From assembly GCA_963733035.1 (NCBI GenBank), contig CAVTBU010000009.1, positions 224,001 through 288,000 of the forward strand: a DNA stretch of 64,000 bases. The letters run 5' to 3'. Below the pieces are notes generated by a model, which saw only the letters and a list, made by a program, of their open reading frames with translations, was not told the DNA's origin and ran no database searches. This document shows positions 58,905 through 64,000 of this stretch, piece after piece. The position numbers and the translations under genes were made by a program. Numbering within the stretch: position 1 is the first letter of the stretch; the number at the start of each line of letters is the position of its first letter. The stretch comes from Pirellulales bacterium. Its GTDB lineage: Bacteria; Planctomycetota; Planctomycetia; Pirellulales; PALSA-1355.

Positions 58905-61900
58905 ATGTCCCGTCCGATTGCCTTGCGCTCGTCGTGCTTTATCTATATCGCCGCGATTCTCCTCGCTGGATTTCATACTGCGAACGCCCAACCGCTCGTG
59001 GCACCGACCGAAGCCCTTACGCCGGCCGAACAGCAAACGAAATTCCATTTGCCGCCCGGCTTCGAGATTCAGCTGGTGGCCGCTGAGCCTGCCATCCACA
59101 AGCCAATGAACATCTCGTTCGACAGCCAGGGCCGGCTGTGGGTGACCGATACAGTCGAGTATCCGTACCCGGTCGCCGAAGGCGTCACGCCACGTGACAC
59201 GGTGAAGATCCTCACCGATACCGATGGCGACGGATCGGCCGACGAAGTGACGACGTTTGCCGACGGCTTGAACATACCGTTGGGAGTGATGCCGGTTGTA
59301 GACGGCGTTGTCGTGTACGGCATTCCGGCCATTCTGAAGTGCCGCGATACCGACGGCGATGGTCAGGCGGACTCCCGTGAAACGCTCTATGGCAACTTCG
59401 GCAATCGAGACACGCACGGCATGGTCAACTCGTTCACGCGCGGCCTGGATGGTTGGCTCTACGCCTGCCATGGATTCGCCAACGATTCGGCGCCGGTCGG
59501 AACTGACGGTCATCAGATCAAGATGAACTCCGGCAACACGTTTCGCATGCGGCTCGACGGTTCGCGGGTCGAATACAACACGCACGGGCAGGTGAATCCG
59601 TTCGGCCTGTCGTTCGATCCGCTCGGCAATTTGTACTCGGCCGACTGCCACACGATGCCGGTATACATGTTGCTCCGCGGGGCCTACTACCCCAGCTTTG
59701 GCAAGCCGCACGACGGGCTTGGTTTCGGACCTACGATGATCAAGCACAACCACAAGTCCACTGGGATCGGAGGTATCGCATACTATGCCGCCGAGCACTT
59801 TCCGCCGGAGTATCGAGATACGCTCTTCATCGGCAATCCCGTAACTGGTTGCGTGAATCACGACCAGCTGGCCAAACATGGCTCAACGTACGATTGCATC
59901 GAAATGCCAGACTTCATCACCTGCGACGATCCCTGGTTCCGTCCGGTGAACATCAAGGTCGGTCCCGACGGTGCGCTGTACGTGGCCGACTTCTATAATT
60001 GCATCATCGGACACTACGAGGTTCCGCTGACGCATCCCCGCCGCGACCGCGAGCGTGGGCGAATCTGGCGCGTGGTGTACACCGGCGAGGGCGTAGAGAA
60101 TGCTCCGCCAACGTCCGCTGCCGAAACTCCGCACATCCGCGCGGCTTCGCTCGACCAATTGCTGACGATGCTGGGGCACGGCAACTTAACCGTGCGGACC
60201 CTGGCGACGCACGAGATCGTCGATCGGGTTGGCGCGCCGGCCGCCGATCCGCTAGGGGATATCCTGGCCTCGGTTGATTCGAACGCGTTTCAGCGGATCC
60301 ATGCGATGTGGGCGTTGGAACGAATCTCGGAATTGGATGCGGATCAGATCAAAAGACTCACCGGCGATGCCGATCGAGGCGTGCGGACGCATGTCATGAA
60401 ACTGCTCGCCGAACGAGTGGCGGTCGACACGGCGACGTTTCGCGCTGGATTGCACGACCCAGACCCGTTTGTCCGACGGGCGGCGGCCGAGGGACTGGCG
60501 CGACACCCGAATGTGGCAAATGTGCAGCCGCTGGCGGCGTTGTGGTCTTCGACGGCACCGGAGGACACGCATTTGATTCACGTGGCGCGGATGGCCCTGC
60601 GCGATCAGTTGGTGCCGCCCGGTGCGTATGCGGAGTTAGAAAGCCTCGCGGCAGTCGATCGGAGCTTGCGCGAACAGTTGGCCAACGTGAGTCTGGGCGT
60701 GCCAAGCGAGGCATCGGCCGCATTTGTGCTGGCGCATTTGCAGGCAGATCCGACGAATCCCGCGCGGGACACGTACCTGCATCATGCCGCCCGATACCTG
60801 CCGGAAGCCGAACTCGGCAAAGTGTATGAGCTAGCCACAAGTTGCCGAGAGTTGCCGCCTCTGGAGCAAGTCGGCGTGGTTCGCGCGCTGGGCCGAGCTC
60901 TGCAAGAGCGGCGCACGGAGCAACCCGAGCAGGTCACGCAGTGGATCGAACAACTCACCGCTGAATTGCTCACCGCCGAGGACGAAAGTCAAGTTCGGGC
61001 AGGAATCGACATGGCCCGGGATTTTCGCCCTCAAGTGCTCGAAGTGCTTTCCAAGGCAACCCGCCCCGAGGCCCGCTTCGCTGGATTGCGGCCGGCCGCG
61101 CTCGACGCGTGTGGCGGCTATGATCCGGCCGAAGCTGTTCCACTGTTGGCGGCTGTGATGAATCGCGCGTCCGAAGCCGTGAACCTGCGGCAGCACGCGG
61201 CCGCGGCGCTCGGACGCATCAACAACGAATTCTCACGCGAGCAGTTGGTCGCCTGCCTGCAAACCGCGCCCGAGAGTCTGGCTTTGGCGATCGCCGCGGG
61301 ACTGGCCGATACGCCGCCGGGTGCCGAGGCCTTGCTGGCCACCATCGAGAGCGGCAAAGCAACGCCCGCTTGCTACAAGAGAAGAATGTCCTCAACCGTC
61401 TGCGTTCGCGCAATATCGAAAGGTTCGATCAGCGGCTCCCGAAGTTGACGGCCAACTTACCGCCCGCCGACCAGAGGATCAATGAGTTGATCGCCAAACG
61501 GCGCGAACTGATCGCTGGCGGCAAGCCGGACGCTTCGGTCGGGGCAGCGGTTTTCGAAAAGAACTGTGCGCTCTGCCACCGCATCGGCGACAAGGGCGCT
61601 AAGATCGGCCCGAACCTCGACGGCGTCGGCATACGCGGCGTCGAGCGGTTGCTGGAGGACATTCTCGATCCCAGCCGCAACGTCGACCAGGCGTTTCGCA
61701 CCACGCAAGTGGTCACCGCCGATGGCCGCAACCTGATCGGACTGGCGCTCCGCGAAGAGGGAAACATCCTGGTGCTGGCCGACGCCCAAGGCAAGGAAGT
61801 CCGCGTGCCGATCGACGAGATCGAGCAGCGCGTCGTCAGTCCGCTGTCGGTCATGCCCTCGAACGTGCCTGACATCGTAAACGAAACCGACTTCGTGCAC

Positions 61901-61948
61901 CTGATTGGTTATTTACTTTCACAACGAGCCGAGCAAGCGGCAAAGTAA
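58905..61948 (+). CDS. Second PVC-type heme-binding CxxCH protein (frameshift at ~61366)
   Basis: [44 protein letters not shown] repeats; CALCH…IGPNL and SVMP in the next frame. Confidence 0.9.
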
Positions 61949-61959
61949 CGCGAGGAGCG

Positions 61960-62843
<884 letters not shown>

Positions 62844-62859
62844 TGCGTGTGTCTTTCCG

Positions 62860-64000
62860 TCAGGCCCCAATCGAGGCCACAACCTTTTTCGCCGCGTCGG
62901 TCAGTCCGGTCGCGCTGATGATGTCCAGTTTGCTTTCCGCCAGCATCTTGCGGGCCTGTTCCACTTCAGTTCCTTCAAGACGCACGACCAGCGGCACGTT
63001 GAAGCCTACGAGCTCGTAGGCTTCGAGCACGGCCGAGGCGATCGTTGTGCATCGCATGATGCCGCCGAAAATGTTGACGAGTACGGCCTTGGTGTTTTTG
63101 TCGTCGAGCAGGATCCGGAAGGCCTCGGTAACTTGCTCAACGTTTGCACCACCGCCGACGTCGAGGAAATTCGCCGGCTCGCCGCCATGCAACTTGATAA
63201 GGTCCATCGTGCTCATGGCCAGTCCGGCACCGTTAACCAGGCAACCGATGTTGCCGTCGAGCTTCACGTAACTGAGCCCCGCTTTGCCGGCCCGCACTTC
63301 GGCCGGCTCCTCCTCGGAGAGATCGCGCAGTTCGGCAAGATCCTTGTGACGAAACATCGCGTTGTCGTCAAATGTCATCTTGGCATCGAGGGCCAATAGC
63401 TCGCCACCCTTGGTGACGACCAACGGATTGATTTCGGCCAGGCTGCAATCGCTCTTGACGAACACACGGCACAAGGCCTGCATGAACTTTTCGGCCGAGC
63501 GGATACTGGTGCCCTTGAGGCCCAACTTGGCCGCCAGTTTACGGGCCTGATACGGAAACAGGCCTGTGTCGGGATGGAACCGCTCGCGGTAGATCAACTC
63601 GGGCGTCTTCTCCGCGACTTCCTCGATGTTCATGCCGCCTTCGCTCGAAACCATCAGCACCGGACCGGCCGACGCCCGATCGACGACGATACCGAGGTAT
63701 AACTCTCGCGCGATCTCGCAACCTTCTTCAACGAGCACCTGTCGGACGACCTGACCGCCTGGACCAGTTTGAATCGTAACCAGGTGATTGCCAAGCAAGT
63801 TGGCAGCGACTTGACGAGCTTCGTCAGCGCTTTTGACGAGTTGCACGCCGTGTTGTTGGGGCTTCTCCTGGATGGTCCCCTTGCCGCGGCCGCCGGCGTG
63901 GATCTGGGCCTTGACGACGGCGATTTTGCCGCCGAGTTCTTGGTACGCGGCGGCGGCTTCCTCGGCCGACCGCGCCACAATGCCCCTGGGCACGGCGACG
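62860..64000 (-). CDS. sucC: Succinyl-CoA ligase beta subunit, 5' partial
   Basis: [57 protein letters not shown]. Confidence 0.97.
   Translation of the reverse strand, partial: VAVPRGIVARSAEEAAAAYQELGGKIAVVKAQIHAGGRGKGTIQEKPQQHGVQLVKSADEARQVAANLLGNHLVTIQTGPGGQVVRQVLVEEGCEIARELYLGIVVDRASAGPVLMVSSEGGMNIEEVAEKTPELIYRERFHPDTGLFPYQARKLAAKLGLKGTSIRSAEKFMQALCRVFVKSDCSLAEINPLVVTKGGELLALDAKMTFDDNAMFRHKDLAELRDLSEEEPAEVRAGKAGLSYVKLDGNIGCLVNGAGLAMSTMDLIKLHGGEPANFLDVGGGANVEQVTEAFRILLDDKNTKAVLVNIFGGIMRCTTIASAVLEAYELVGFNVPLVVRLEGTEVEQARKMLAESKLDIISATGLTDAAKKVVASIGA

Overview
GC-rich bacterial chromosome segment, most likely Planctomycetota (inferred from two PVC-type heme-binding CxxCH proteins plus DUF1501, DUF1207-like and PEP-CTERM proteins). 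The left edge (1-~1290) is one end of an integrated element: its large serine recombinase abuts, and its stop codon overlaps, the breakpoint of a truncated comM/yifB gene. The rest is a mosaic of about 55 host genes. These include secreted hydrolases, tRNA-Leu(TAG), a putative sigma54-driven HPF-CSD/PRTase/DUF2934 cassette, lutABC, an ECF41 operon with a perfect cognate promoter and a membrane-anchored Mrr-like nuclease. They also include a Tat-Gfo/Idh/MocA + Cys-less FGE-like + ApbE cluster (candidate non-canonical flavinylation system), a heme c-copper monooxygenase-EF-hand fusion, a beta-helix lipoprotein/diheme cytochrome pair, MarR-pirin with a visible shared operator, birA and sucCD. Thirteen reading-frame breaks in 12 genes, including sucD, are most likely long-read assembly errors; many sit in (CG)n tracts. 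All family calls come from motif recognition, not database searches.
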